63,468 nt of DNA, filler included, from Ministeria vibrans ATCC 50519 (GCA_943704425.1; 4 parts of 4 records of this genome joined end to end with filler, not necessarily neighbours in it), one strand, 5' to 3'. Numbered from the whole stretch's first letter, positions 10,986-25,528 are shown. A program made the numbers and translations. The notes: generated by a model from the letters alone, not told the origin.

Positions 10986-13654
10986 TTGTTGTTGAGTTTC
11001 CTCGAGACGTGTTTGGCACTGACGCAGCTCACTGGTGACATGTGCCAGTTTGTTACGCAGCTGGTCCGCAATGCGTGCCTTGCGACGCAACTCTTCGTCG
11101 GGCACATGAGCACTCGTTGTTGTGGACTGGCGACGCAACGTTTCGAGTTCCGCCGACATTGCAACCATTTCGCGTGCTGCAACGCGCGCAAGCTCGTTCT
11201 CGGCACGCAGACGATTCAACTCTTCTTCGGCATCTGCGCCCATCGGAGCATTAGCATTCTCGTCGCTCTTGTCGATGGCATTTGCAGCCGCAACAAGTTC
11301 GTCTTCAAGCTCGGCAATGCGTGCGTTGCGCTCACGCAAAGACGACGTTGCAGTCGCCAGCTTGTTACGCAACTGGTCGGCCAGCTTGGCCTTGCGCTGA
11401 AGGGCTGCTAGTGCCTCGTCCTCAAGAGCGAGCGGTGGAACACCCTGGGCACCAAGAGAACGATCGAGCGCCACAGTCTCCGTCTCGATCTCGGTTGTGG
11501 CGCGTGTGGCACTAGCACGCAACTGTTCCAACTCCTCCTGAAGACGCGCGATGAGTGCGCGGTCCTCATCAACAGCGTGTGAGTGCTCGGTCGCACTCGT
11601 CTGCACCTGCATCTGCAACCGTTCACATTCAGCACGACACTCGCGCAGGTCACTCACGGCTGTCGCAAGTTTGCCCCGCAATTGATTGTTCAGTTTGCTC
11701 TTCTTGCGCAGTTCATTCTCCACATTCTCATCTTCGCTCGCAAGACCCTCCTACACACAACAATAACATGATGATTTTTTCAATAATAATTCGTATTCTT
11801 AGTACATCTTTGAGAGATAAAAGTCAATGTCATTATGTTGAAAAGAATAAATAAAAATCAAGAGTGCAGAGGGAGAGACCCAGCAGAAGAAAAAGGAACC
11901 AAAAAGAGTTTTTAATGTACAGCGAAAAGAAGAGAAAGAAGACGCATAAAACAATCACACAGACACATACACACACAGAGTATTATTCAAATCTATCAGT
12001 GCGGCAGCTGGCGTACCTTGACAGGCACAGCCGAGACATCAGCAGATGCGTTGGGACTTGCGGGAGCACTCGCTGCTTCAGACTGGTCAGCGCGTGTGCG
12101 GATCTCGGTGAGAAGTGCCGCCAAATTCCGTCGACGAGCCTCGACGGATTGCTCGAGGACTGCCGAGTGGCGAAAGCGATCGCTGAGCATCTTCAGTTGG
12201 GATGGTGATCGACTCGCTGCGCACAGTCCAAGCTCGTGTATGGCACGCGACTCACGCTGAAGCGAAGCCGCAACCAAGTCACGCAAACGACTCTCCGTTG
12301 CCAACGAAACTTCTGTGGTCAGCTCGACGTCAGGTGCGTTGGGCGTTTTGTCCGACGACCCCCGTTCGAGCGTGGCACAGCGTTCCTCGGCATCGGTCAG
12401 GGCGTTGCGAGTTACTGCTAGTGTTTGTTCATGCTCTGTGATCGCGTCACGCGCAAAACCAAGATCGCGTGAAAGGGACTCCACTGTTTTCTCGTGTTCG
12501 CCACGTTCGCGAGCGGTCGCGGCAAGCATCCCTTCCAAATCGGCCTGCGCACGCTCTAGTTGGTCGTGCGTCACCGCCAACTCTGCCAAAGCTGCGTCTC
12601 GGTCACGAGCGAGCGCGTTCAGTTGCTCGCTGACATCGCTTGCGGCGCGCATTGCTTCAATCTCGTGCTGTAATTCCAAATTGCGCGCGTCGCACTGACC
12701 AATGCGTTCGGTAAGGGCACACGCGTGCCCCTCGTGCTCACTGGCGGCGCGCGACAACTGCTCCATTTCGAGGCCGTCCTGTGCACGTTGTGCCGCCAGT
12801 TCTTGCATTTGACGCTCCGCCGTGGCCAGTGACTCGCGCATACTCTCATATTCGCTTTGCGTCGCCGCCAGTCGTTGTCGCAACTCTGATGCGTCCGCGC
12901 GTGATTCCTCAAGCTCGGACACAATCTGGCGCTTCTCCGCCTCGAATGCTCGTTCGGCTTGAACACTCTCCGTCATGAGCGATGACACGTTGGCCCGACT
13001 TGTTTCGAGTTCGTCTTCAAGTTCCGCAATCTGACTGGCCGATGCAGCGGCGTGTTGTTCCTGCTGTGCAACGGCGGCATCAAGAGCGGCACGTGTGGAA
13101 AGTTGCGAGTCGGTGAGCTGTGTAATCTGGTGCACCATGGCGTCGTGCGTGTGACGCGCATCGCGAGCCTCCGTTTCGGCCGCGGTCAGTCGTTCTTGCA
13201 ACCGCAACGCGTCTTCGTGACGCACGCGTGCCTGTGCTGATGTCTGATCCAACTGCTTTCGCATCAACTCGAGGTTTTCTTCGACCTGTCGTGTGTGTGC
13301 GTCATCAATTGTTGTTGTCGTAGCAGGTGGACACGCCGTGAGGGCTTGCCTTTCGCGGTCCATCTCCTCGCGCAACTGTGCCTCGCGCTCCTGTGCAGCA
13401 TGTGCCTCAATCTGCATCTCTTGGGACATGGATGCAATCGTGGTGTCGCGCGACTCAATGTCGTCTTCGAGGTCCGCAATTTGCTGTTGAAACTCATCAA
13501 GTTTGGCGACAAGGTGGTCGCGTTCGCTTGTGACTGCCTCAAGTTGCTGCGCAGTTGGCGATGTGACTGGTGCAGCCACCGCAAGAGCACTCTCAAGTTG
13601 CACACGCAGAGCATCGCGTTCATGTTGCGCTTCAGCGAGTGCTCGTAGATACTC

Positions 13655-13685
<31 letters not shown>

Positions 13686-14868
13686 GGTTGTGATTGCCGT
13701 TGTGAATGCTCTGGCTCGTGGCGTGCAAGAGCATCTTCGGCAAGACGCGTGCGCGTTGCAAGTGCTGTATTGTCACGTTCCAAGTCACGTACGCGGGCAA
13801 CCAGTTGCTCACGATCCGCCGCAAGCTGTTTTGTGAGTCCTTGTTCGTCGCGCTGCATTGACTCGAGCTGTTGGCGCAGCGAGGCGCACTGGCTGGTGAG
13901 CTCAATTTTCGCCGAGGTGAGCGACTCGACTGTTGCACAATGGGCCTCCTTCTCGCGTAGCAAATTAGCAACGCGTGCGTTGGCGTCATCAAGAAGCTCT
14001 CGGCGTTGCTGAAGGGTCTCTTCGAGACGTTCGTCAGAGCGAAGGCGCGCACGAAGAAGCTCAACAAGCTCACGACTGGCCGGCGACGATGAGACTGCGG
14101 CGTCGTCGGACGACACGGGCACCGTCCGTTGTTCACGCCGCGCCCGCTCCAGCGACTGCTCGAGCTGTTTGACGCGAGCCTGCAGCGAAGCCTTGTCGGC
14201 ACGCAGTGTGTCTGTCAGTTGCTGCACTTGATCCATCCGCTGACGCAGCTCATTGGCTGCTCTGGACTCGTCGGGCGACGGCTGGCCGCCCCGCACACTG
14301 TCCAGCTCCTCCTTCACATGTCGCTGCATCAGAGGAAAAGGCCAATGTTTCAGAAGCAATTGAGACAAAAAAAAAAAAAAAAAAAAAAAAAAAAAGCAAA
14401 AAAAGAAAGGGATTTTTTCTTTTCCTTTTCCTTTACCATTTCCTGCTCGAGAACTGTGTACGCCTGTTGCCAATCCTGGACGGCGAGGGCATGGCGATTG
14501 GCGGTGGCTTCCAGGTCGGCAATGCGGCGCGACGCGGCCTGCAGCTGATCGTCGCAGACGGCGCGGTCGTACGACGCGTTGAGCAGTGCGCGCCGCATCT
14601 CCATCATGGCGGTGTGGTCGCGCTCGACCGTCTCCCGCAGCTGCCGCGTTTCGTCCAGCACGCTCGGCTTCTGCTGCTGCTGCTGCGGCGGCGGCGGCGA
14701 CCGCGGCGACCGCGACGGTGGTGCAGGCGAGGCAAAGGGCGACGGGGGCTGCGGGCGAAACGGCCCGTGGGCTGCCGGGCCCTCCTGCGTCTGCTCCAGT
14801 TGCCGCTTCAGCCGTAGCACCTGCGCACGCAATTGTTCCACCTCCGCCGAGCTTCCCACGTGAGACAT
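10611..14868 (-). CDS. Large coiled-coil protein (~1300 aa, 3 exons), family unassigned
   Basis: Three long ORF segments rich in E/Q/L/R heptads with polyQ tracts, separated by pyrimidine/AT-rich GT-AG introns near 14330-14436 and 11750-12015. Confidence 0.7.
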
Positions 14869-14981
14869 GCTATGGAATTATTTGATTTTATTTATTAATA
14901 AGAAAATAAATAGACACAACCCTCACTGATTCTATATCGACTATGATCTATCAGACAAATTTTAACCTTCACAGTTTCAGC

Positions 14982-17424
14982 ATGTATTGTGTTCTTCTGT
15001 TCACCGCCGTGGTGGCTGTCGCCAGGGCTTCGTTCCCTGTGACACAGCCGTTCTATCCGCACTATCCCACACGAAATGTGTTGACTCTCGACGGTGTGTG
15101 GGACTTCGGATTCAGCAGTGCCATTGCCGACGTGGTAGGGCTGGGGGCCGACGAAGCCCGCTCGTTGATCAACAGCACGGCTGTTGTGCCGTCGGCATTT
15201 GACGTAACAATCTCGGGGACGGTTGGCCCGAAAGGGACCGCCGTGTACCGCACTCTCGTTCCCTTGAAGCCCGGCTCGTCGGGCCAGCTCTACTTTGCTG
15301 CCTGTTCGTTCTACTGCAAGGTGTGCCCGTGCGAAGCTCGTCTCGCCAGATGCTAAGCCTTCCTTTTGCGAATTGTAGGTGTTTGTTGACAGCGTCGAAC
15401 TTGGCGATCACCGTGCCAGCGGCTATCAGCCGTTTTGGATGTCGGTGCCCGCCGACAGCCAACGTTCCATGCGGGAGTTGCTTGTGGTGTCGGACAACCG
15501 GTTCAACTCGACAACCGCACCCACACACACGGGCGGAGATTTTTACAACTTCGGAGGTCTCACGCGACATGTCATGCTGCATGAAACGCCCTCTGCCCAT
15601 GCTGCGGGTGCCAAGGAGACGTATTTCATGCGTCAGGTGGAGATGTCGACGGTGGACTCGAGTTCGCGGACGATTGACGTGCGCGTTGTGCTTGCAGGCA
15701 ACACGGCTGGCGTGACACGCGTCACCGTTGGTCTGACATTTGATGCTGAAGGTGTTGTGCCCACGTCCACGAAAACGTACGACGTGTCTAGCGACGGCAC
15801 CAGTGTTTTTATTCGCAACCTTGTTGTGCCCAATGGTCAGTTGTGGAACGTGGGCGCACCCCACTTGCACACTTTGGGAGTGTACCTTTTCCAAGGTGAA
15901 CAACCGTCGCTTGTGGATGCCATTGACATCCGCTTTGGCATTCGTTCGCTGGGCGTTGCATCGGATGGTCGACTTACAATCAACGGCGAGCGTGTGAAAC
16001 TGCACGGCGTCAATCGACACACTATGTGGCCGGCGACCGGCTCGGCACTTACCCTCGAGCAGGTACAGCAGGACGTCGCGCTGCTCCTTGAGCTCAACGT
16101 CAACTATGTCCGTGGCGCACACTACCCACAGGACCAGCGCTTCCTCGACCTCTGCGACGAAGTGGGCATTGCCGTGTGGGAGGAGACACTTGGACCGGGC
16201 GTCAAGGTGCATCACCTCACCGACCCCTACTTCCTCAAGTACCAATCGCAGGCTGTCAATGAGATGATCGATGCCAGCTTCAACCACCCCTCTGTCATCT
16301 TTCACGCTTTCAACAACGAAGGCGAAAGCGACGACCCAAAGGTATCCCACAAGAAGCGAGAGAGAGAAAGAAAAAAAAGGAGGGAGAAAGAAAGGAAAAA
16401 AAAACAACAAAGGGATTGTTAGAGGGGATCTGGTTCGTCATTTTTTTCTGTTTGTTTTTTCTGTTCATTTGTCAGGCGTGCCCTGGTTACAACGTGTCTG
16501 CGTCGATCATCCGTGCGCGCGAGGGCTCCCAGCGTATGGTCACCTGGGCGTCCAACAAGAAGGATCAGGACAAGTGTCTTGACCTGGCGGATATGATCTC
16601 ATTTAATGACTATCCAGGGTAAGAAACCTACAATAAAGTGTAATTGTCTGTGTGTATGTGTGCTCTTAATGTGTGAAACAGATACAATTATCTTAATAAT
16701 GCAAATATGCGTGTAGATGGTATAAGCAAATGCCGCTAAGTGATGTGATTGGATCGTGGAAGAAATATTGCGACTGGTCACGTGTGCACTTCCCCACAAA
16801 GCCCTTTTCGATCAGTGAGACGGGCGCCGGGGGCGTATGGGAGTGGAAGAATGCGACTGACTGCAAATGGTCGTTGCTCTACCAGAAGGAGCTTGTTGCG
16901 CAGGACGTCAAAGGTGCTTCAATCGTTTTCTCTTTCTTTATCACCCAAGATGTTTGCTTCACCCTTCTTTTGTTAGGGGGTTTTCTTTCTTTCATTTTGC
17001 CTCTATTACTTTGTCTCTCACTTTGTCTCTATCACTTTGTCTCTCTCACTTTGTCTCTATCACTTTGTCTCTCTCACTTTGNNNNNNTCTCACTTTGTCT
17101 CTATCACTTTCTTTCTCTTTCTCTCTATCACTTTTTCTCATTGATTGTTTGCTCTGTTCTCCCCTCTGTTGTATAGGGTTTCTTGAAAATGGCAACATGA
17201 CTGGCCTGACACTGTGGCAGTTCAACGACATCAAAGCAAACTACGGCGACTCGCTCAAGTGCCCTTCGTGCGACTACATCCCAGGCACTCACGACTGCTC
17301 GTACATCGACACGACGTGCAACCGTCCCGGCGGCGAGAACCACAAGGGCCTCGTCGACTTTTGGCGACGTCGCAAGCCTGTGTACTTCGAAGTCAAGTCG
17401 CAGTATGCTAAAGGAGGAAATTAA
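14982..17424 (+). CDS. Secreted glycoside hydrolase family 2 (beta-glucuronidase/beta-galactosidase-like)
   Basis: Signal peptide, LDGVWDF, LHGVNRH, NYVRGAHYPQDQRFLDLCDEVGIAVWEE, NHPSVIFHAFNNE (acid/base Glu), ISETGA (nucleophile Glu) and NHKGLVDFWRRRK. Multiple introns. Confidence 0.92.
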
Positions 17425-17517
17425 AGAAGGATACATTCAATTGAAGGAAAAAAAAGAACAACAAAATTCATTATTATTGTTATTATTATTCTAATATTTT
17501 TATTATTGTTATATATG

Positions 17518-20500
17518 TTACACATTGTACGCGACGTAATGAGCATCAAACTGACCCTTGAGGAAGCGGTTCATAACCACAATGCGGAGTTTTTGAGAGC
17601 GAGAGTTGCGAGGGATGGACTTGGGGGCTGAGAAGACAATGACATGAAGCACAACGTGATGTTCCTCGAGAACCGCATTGGTCACAATGGGCACCAGCGA
17701 CAGCAGATCGCTCCCTTCCTCAATTTCAATCACACACACATTCACATCTCCTGCGCTGTGGCTCGTCGAAAACACCACACTACACAAAGTGAAAAGAATT
17801 AATTATGTTAGCAAGTGAGAAATTTGGCGGTGTTGCGCATGTTCGTCTGTACCTGCTGCCACGATCAATAGAGCGGTGCGACATCTCAATGGTGTGCTCA
17901 ATATCCACCGGATAGTGGCGCAGGCCGCTGATCATGAGCGTCTCCTCCAGTGCGCCCGTCACGTGCAGACGGTCTCCGTAGATGAACCCCAAAAATGAGG
18001 TCCGCGCAAACTTGAGACCAGGATATCCATCGAGCACAAGTCCTATCATAATAAAGAAAGACACAAGCAAACAGTATAAGGCATTGCCATAGGTAAACCG
18101 TTTGCTTGGGCATACCAAAGTGGGCATCAAGAAAGTCCTTTTGCATACGATGGTACCCCGAGTTGTTGAGCTGACTGCTCACCCAAATCTCACCCACAAG
18201 ACCACGTTTCTGTACGGGCTTCTCCGTCTCAGGATCTACAATCACTATAGTCGTGCCAGGCGTCACCTAAACGACATGGACAACAAAAAACAATAAAAAA
18301 TTAGAATTACTAGTAAAAAACAATTCTTCTTTTCGTATTTTCCAAGGTAGAAATATTTTCTTTCCAACCTGTCCTGCGGGAATAATGGGAGTGCTGCCGG
18401 GGGAGCCACGCTCGACCACTTCAACGTGGTCACGACGTAACGGACCCAATTCGACATACGTCTACAGGCAACATACATAACGGATTGTTTGGTTGATTCG
18501 ATTTTCGTTGTTGGATGAACCGTACGGGAACAGTGTCGTCGGGAGTGCGGTCTTGTCCAATGGTCGGGTTGACTTCACAGCCAAACGACACTTGCAAAGC
18601 CCCTGGCTTGAAGTCAAGCTTGGAAAATGCAGCGCAAAACATCACTACAATCATATAAACAGACATACACAATTAGCCCTTCATATAAAAATCAGTTTGA
18701 CTCTGTTGATAGCTTACTTGAGGTGGTCGCGCGGGGTCGTTGAGGCGAGTCGACAAGAAGCGTCCGCACGTGCGCCAATGATACTCCCTTCAGCTTCTCA
18801 TCGGCAAGACTCTCCACACAGCGCTCGAGAATGTCGTACGTCGTAATCTACGTCACAAATAGTTAAATAAGATGACTGAATGCTTATTCTTTCGACAGCA
18901 GAGTCATACGGCGTGACGGGCTTTGGAGGCGGAAAGGATCTCGAAGAAGATAGAGGGACTAGCGTCAAGACGACTAGGAGCAACAAGAATGGTCTCGTGA
19001 CCAACATAAATGCCTTGTGCAGTCCAATATCGCAATCCAACGCCACTGTACGGGTTGAGACAGAGAACGACTGGACGCGACGGGCCCAAACCAAACACCT
19101 ATTATTAATGTTAATTTATTATTGATATCATTATTATGATTTTTTGATCTGAAATGAGCTTCATCGAGAGAAATAAAAAGGATTTACCTGTTTCTGGACA
19201 CGACACGCGTGAATGAGAGCCTCGTGGGTGACCGTTGTACCAGCAAGGACACCACCCACAGTCACGGTGTACTCCACAATCGCAACACTGTTGGGGTTGG
19301 GTGGCCTCAAGTCAATGTGATCGGCCTTCTTGGACAGCTAAAAGGAATCGCGAGAAAATTCAAGAGCTTAAGAGCGCAACAAAAAATAAAGTGTGCACCT
19401 TTGCGTCGTCGACACAGAAAACAACAGGCCATGCGCTGGCCTTCTCAGTGAGATGGCGCGCCTCTTTCTCCTTGAGCAGCTGCTTGATGTCGTTGTTGAT
19501 GAAAATATTGCCAATGCGAGCAGCCTTGAAAATCTACAGTGTACACCATTTTTAGGATCCATTCGTTGTGCAATACTAAGACGGATAGAAAAGATCAATA
19601 TTTTTTGAAGGCTCACGTGGTAGACAACGCTGAGGGTGGAATAAAGATCGTCGTATTGCGGGGGCTCGATGGGAACACAAATGACGCCGGAAAAGAGACA
19701 GGCAAGAACCATGACGGCAAGATCAATGGATGGCGGGAGCATCACGCCGACGGTCATGCCACGCTCAATGCCACACTTGATCATAAAGTGCACGGCACGC
19801 AACATTCGGTTGTGGAATTCGTCGCACGTCACCTTGCGCTCGTCGCCGCGCTCGTCAATGTACTGAAAGAGCACTCGCTTGGCAAACACTCGGTTGCGCC
19901 ACTCAAACACCTCGGGCACCGAGGAAAAAATGTCCAGATTTGTCTTGCTGCTTTCGTCCAGCATTTTCGGCTCCAGGGTGTCACCTGACATTCCTACAAG
20001 ATTCATCGGGAGAATGTGAGCTTTTTTTTTCTTCTGTTACAAAACAAAACCAACAAGAGAAGCATACCTTGAGGACCAAGAACACCCGCCAGGACGTCGC
20101 CCATCTGAATCATGCTGCCAAACCGACCACCTTGACCGTGCACAAACTGACTGGGTAGGTTGTCAACGGTTGCGACGTTCATGTGCACGAGCACCGGCTT
20201 GAGCGAGCCTTGCAGAAAGCCACGTCGCACTTGCTGCTTGTCGATGATGTCGCGCGAGGTGGGCAACGAGTTCTTTTGCACGAGCATGACGCAGTAGACG
20301 ACAAGTGCGTTGTTCTTGAGCAGAGCTTCCATCACGCCCACAAGCCACTGGTGCAACGCCTCGTTAGAGACGCCCTCAATGACTTCGGCGACCACAAAAA
20401 AGCGTTCTTCGTTGTGGACGTTGGTCGAAAAAACAACACTGCGCTGCTTGTGCACGTACTGCGGCGTGTAATTGTTGATAGTCTTCTCGACGTCATCAGC

Positions 20501-23101
20501 GTTGTACGCTCGGTTGCCCGCCGACATGATAATGTCCTCCACACGGCCCGTCACAAACACTGTGTTTTGCTGCGACAGAAACCCCGACCAGCCTGTGCGC
20601 ACAAACGGGTACTCCGAAGCTCGTTCACCAGTCTCCGCTATCAGCGGGTGCACATCAAAAATCTATAATAAAACAATATAATAATAATAATAATTAATTA
20701 TTATAATTATTATTATTAATATTATTATTATTAAAAATATTAATGGAAGGGTCACTCAACCCCCCCCCCCCCCCCNNNNNNNNNNGTCGCCAGCTGGATG
20801 AACGCCAGCGCCAGCTTGATAGCGATCGTCGCCAGTTGGCCCCCCCGCTGCTGAAAATTGAAAAGCGGACACACTTAGGAAGAACATACCCTGGCAGTGA
20901 TGCCGGCGAGACCGAGATAAATGGAGCCACAAGCGGGGCCCGTGACACAAATTTCGCCGATTTCGTCCGTCTTGCAGAGGTTGGGGACTTCGCCGTGGGC
21001 CACAACGCACACCATAGAGCGTGGCAGGACAGCGCCAGAGTCGCGCAAACAAATGGAGCCGGCGGTGCCGCTCTTGACGATACGACATACTTCGTAGGAA
21101 AGACTGTTGAGGTCGACGTGCATGTCGAGGGGAGCCGTCGTGTTGCCTGGGCCGCCGACTGTCTTGGTCTCGGGCGAGTAGAAGACGGGACGCACGATGG
21201 TGTCGGACAGGCTGAGTTTGGCGCAGAAAGCACGATGGACGTCGGCAGCCGTCTTGCACTCGTTGACAAGAACAAAGCGCAAAGTGGTGAAGTGGTGCTT
21301 CTTGGTGTTCACGACGGCCTTGGTAGTGCAGGCACGCAGCTGGCTATAATCGGCGTAGAGGTACTCGGGCTTGTATTTGGAGATGGCATTGAGAACGAGT
21401 GTTTCGTTGTCGTGGTAGGCGTTATAAGGAATTTTGATAGTGCGCATGCCACTGAAGACGGCACCAAGCACGGTGTGGGTCATGCCGACGCTCATTCGGA
21501 AGTTGAGCAACGACAAGACTGTGCGGTTGCTGTGAAAGTAGAAGGCGTCGGAGATGTTGGCCGAGTGTGCGACGATGGACATGTGCGAGTGAACAACAGC
21601 CTTGACATCGCCCGCGGTATTAGTCGACGGCTCGATGTACGCTGGTGTCTCCGCGCCGCACACGACTGCTTCGACTGGGTTGTGCTTTGAAGGCTTGCCC
21701 AGCGACGTGGTGTTGTGCCACTCACATTTGGGCCAGTGCGACGTACTCTTGTCGTCCTTAGCAAGGTGCGCGCGACACGACGGCGTCGACAGGGCAACAC
21801 TGACACCGCAGGCACTGAGGAGCACACCCGATTTGGTGATTTCGTCCTCGCTTGACACTTGGTGAGGGGGTCGTACCGGCACAGGAATGACACCGGCGTA
21901 GAAGCAGCCAAAGAGCGCGGCGACAAACTCGACAAATTCGCAGTCTTCGTAGATGAGGGCAACGCGTTGGCGAATATCACAGCCAAACTTGTGGAGGAGT
22001 GCGTGAGCGACGGCTTTGGCGGCGTCCCTGAGCGCTGCATACGAGATGACTTTGGTCTCCTTGCCCTTGGAGTCGATTGAGACGAGGGCCGTAGCCTTGG
22101 GACTGATCCTAGCACGCCACTCGAGCACCTTGGCGATGTTGGTGACTTTACCAAGGTCGCGCACACGCAAGGGATCGTCGGCACGCTTCACGGACGCGCC
22201 AGTCACAGGCAGGAGCATTTGGCCGGTGGGCTCGGGACCGCCAGGGGTGCGTTGAACCTTTTTTGCGGCCTCCTCATGATTGGCCGATTGAAAGAATTTC
22301 TTCTTGGGCGCCGAGCTAGTGCGAATGGACTCCATGAGTGCCTTGAGACGCGCCGTGACGACGCCCGAGCCGGGTGCGGGCGCACTAGCATCGGACAAGC
22401 CCATGGCGGACGGCAAAACGGTCTCACGACGAGCAATGGTACCCTTGCTGATGGCGGAGCTGTTGGGAGCGCGCAGTGGCTGTCGCGGACCAATGGGACT
22501 GGCCTGACCGCTGAGCTGACGCGAGGCGGGCTCTTGGTGGTGGAGTGTCAATGTGGCAGTTGCGTCAGCGCTCTCGTGACGCGGACTCGACGGGCCGACC
22601 TGGTGACTGGTGCGCCGTGGCGAGATGAGTGGCGACGGCATGTCGGTGGTGCTTGAAGTTGTTTGGACGCTCGCGCGGCGTGCCTTTGGCGACACGATTG
22701 CACCCAACGCTTTGGGGCTCTTGGGCACGGTGATGGAGAGGGCAGCGGCCTTGTCGGTGCGCGCCGACATGACACCCGGAAAGCTGCTCATGGCGGAGGC
22801 GCTCGTCGGCTGGGCGGATGACTGACGGGACGCTTGCTCGCGGGCCTTGGACGAGGGCAGGCCGCCAAGCGCGTCGTCGCCCGTGTCCAGAATGGCTGTG
22901 TCGTCGTCGTCGTCGTCGTCCAGACGCTGCTCCGGGTCGATGCGCTTGAAGCTCTTGCTCTTGTACATCTTGTCAATCGCACTGCCAAGCGACCGCGATG
23001 CCGGCATGGACGGCGGTTCCAGTTCTACGTGCAGGCAAAAAGAGGCAAAAGACTCAGAGAAGGACAATAACAACAACAAAAAATAGAGAAAAAAAAAAAA
23101 C

Positions 23102-23147
<46 letters not shown>

Positions 23148-23728
23148 AAACACGGAGACAGTTTGAAACCAGAAAGAGCGCAAAATTGGGTGTTTTAAGG
23201 GAAGAGCGAGTGGCTACGTGTAGGTTCACATGTGTGTGCATGTGTGCGATGCGGGGAGGAGGAGGAGGAGGTGCAGGGGCGAGAGAGGAAGCAACGATCG
23301 GCGAAGACAAGGCGCGTTGGCTTACTGTAATCAAGGAAAAGCTGACGAACTCGCTTTTCAAGACCCTTCTCGGTGATGTCGCCTGGAAAGAGAGAGGGAG
23401 GGTGGAAGAGAGAGAGCATGGGGAGGGTCAGCAGAGTGATCGAAGGGACGGGCAGCGGCGTGTGCTCGAAGGAGCGTCACAGGCGACAACGTCATCACGT
23501 CAAAAAGAAGGGGGCGCGAGACAAATCAACGAAAAAGGAGCATCGCGACTGGAAGAGGGCGTCGAGAGGGATGGGGATGGGGTTGGGGGCGGTAGGAGGG
23601 CAGGGGGAGGGGCCGATCGCTGCGACGAGGTCGTCGGAGCGGATCTGCTTTGGATGTGGCGCACCATCGTTGAACTCGCCAACGAGAGCCAAATACTGCT
23701 GACGGCCCTCCGCAGGGAGACGGTCCAT
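17518..23728 (-). CDS. DIP2: Disco-interacting protein 2 homolog (DMAP1-binding domain plus two FAAL-like adenylation domains)
   Basis: N-terminus MDRLPAEGRQQYLALVGEFNDG|DITEKGLEKR. Internal motifs FGCFYAGVIPVP, LCKTDEIGEICV, FVRTGWSGFL, GEIWVSS and GLRHYPVDIEHTI. C-terminus IPRNSRSQKLR...FLKGQFDAHYVAYNV. Confidence 0.92.
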
Positions 23729-23839
23729 ATTCGCAAAATGAAATGGTTAATGAATAATGGTGTATTGTAAGAGAAAGGGTTTAGGTCGAACTTGTCAGTA
23801 GTAAAGTATCTTACTTTTTTAAGTTTTTTTTACTTCTCC

Positions 23840-25528
23840 ATGAAGGAAGCACTCGATGCGTATGGTCGTGCACTGGCGCAGGTGACTGGCATTCGTACTG
23901 TGCCACTTGGGAGGGCGTGGCGCAACGAAGAGCGTGCTCGTGAGTCCATGATTGAAGTGCTGTTTGGATGGTTGTTGTGGCAAGAGGGACGGCGCGACGC
24001 TCAAGCGGCGCGTTCTGCGACATGCGTCTCTTCGTATGTCCAATGGCGCCTCGGCGTGCTCGGTTGTCCTTTTGGTCATGTGTGCATTGACGACGACGAC
24101 GGGAGAGAAGCGTGTAGCCGCCGGTGTGGCAGTCGGTTAGCAAAATTGTCCTACTACAAATATTTTAGTGCGCCTCAAGCTTTTTCTTTATGTGTCACAG
24201 ACGACTCCTTGTGGTGCTTGTCTGGTGTATGACCAAAGTAGACTTTGCTGGAGTTCTTGCGCGCGAGATTGCGACACGGTATGAGTCGCGTTTGCCTCCG
24301 TTTGCGGACGCAGTAGGCCTGCCCGTCGAGGAGGAGGAGGAGATGAGCGGGACACGAGAGCTATCCAGCGACCCTGGCGACAACCTAGACAGTGCTTTGG
24401 ATGCTGTGAGTGTATCACGACGTCGCATAATGATTGCTCTTCGAATGTTGAAACATGCACAAGCACATCGTTTACGCTTACTCGAGCGACTTCATCAGGT
24501 AAGCGTGTGACGTTTTAAACATTTCAGGTTTTTGTTTTTGTGTGTGAACCCTGTATCTGTGACAGGGAACTCGAGGCACGACGTCGCCGACACTGGGGAG
24601 ACATAGTCACATGACGGCACAGGAGGTGTATCTGTGTCGACACAGGAGTGCGATGAACCGCACTGCACAGGCACTCGGGGAGGCGTCGGCACTGTTGGTA
24701 GTGTGTGAGCAGATGCGAGTGCACGAGGGGCTCTTTTTGCAGTGGATGGCACGTGCGGTTGCAGAAGTTCAGAAGGAGGAGGCGGAGGAGGAGCGTCGGC
24801 AGTGTGAGTGTTTGGTGAAGCCACACTGGCCCATTGAGCGAGTGTAAGTCGGCGAAAACCTATGTGTGCTCGCTGAATGCCCCCTTTTTGCGTAGGATTG
24901 ATGAAGTGACCACTGCGGAGAGACTGATCAAGACAGAAATGAAGGCGCGACGACAAGTGCACGTCGGCATCGACCAACAGTGGTCCAAGGCAATCAGCAT
25001 CATAATGATTGAGTCATTTTTCAAGTTTTATCGTACAGGTTCAGCGTCGCTTGAAAGGAACAGAGCACACAATGCAGGCCGTATGGGCACGGCTGAGCGA
25101 GGCGGAGCGTGCCGTTTGCATGCAAATCGAACGCGGTACGTCAAGGGCAAAAACGTGAAGTCTGTTGACTGATGGATTGATTGGGATTTTTGGTAGCACA
25201 ATATGGAGTGAGTGCGGCAATTCGAGAATTAGATGAGGGAAGAGGAGTGGAGCAGAATAAAGGGGGAGGGGTAAGCGAGAGGAGGAGCATTGTGGGAAGA
25301 GGGCCATTGGGAAGTGTGGTGGAGATGGTGGGGCGAGAGCTGGAGGAGCAGCGGCGCACCGTCGTTGTGTATGAGAGGGAGAAGAGAGAGTCAGTGGGTG
25401 TGTGGGAGGAGGAGCGAGGAAGAGCGGAAGGGCACTTGGCGGATGTGCGGGGACGCACCACAGGGCTGTTAGAGGCGGCTGTGGCGGCTGTGGATGGGAA
25501 GGGGCGTGCGTTGGCGGTGATTGAGTAG
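23840..25528 (+). CDS. TEDC1: Tubulin epsilon and delta complex protein 1-like (C14orf80 family), multi-exon
   Basis: Motif order resembles TEDC1: RRLLVVLVWCM (cf. RELLLALSWLL), RLLERLHQ...SHMTAQEVYL (cf. LLSKIH...SHLSVTE) and EGLFLQWMARAV (cf. ELVFWRWMDTV). Similarity is recalled and the 3' exon structure is uncertain. Confidence 0.55.

Noticed and set aside
6912-17424. BBE-like oxidase plus GH2 as a carbohydrate-utilisation cluster
   Set aside because: An unrelated coiled-coil gene separates them, and no transporter or regulator is nearby.
17518-23728. DIP2 adenylation domains as an NRPS/PKS biosynthetic locus
   Set aside because: The architecture is canonical DIP2, with no condensation, carrier or ketosynthase domains.
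24990-25038. Possible GC-AG intron in the TEDC1-like gene
   Set aside because: An in-phase GT donor exists nearby (~24957), so this cannot be resolved without RNA data.
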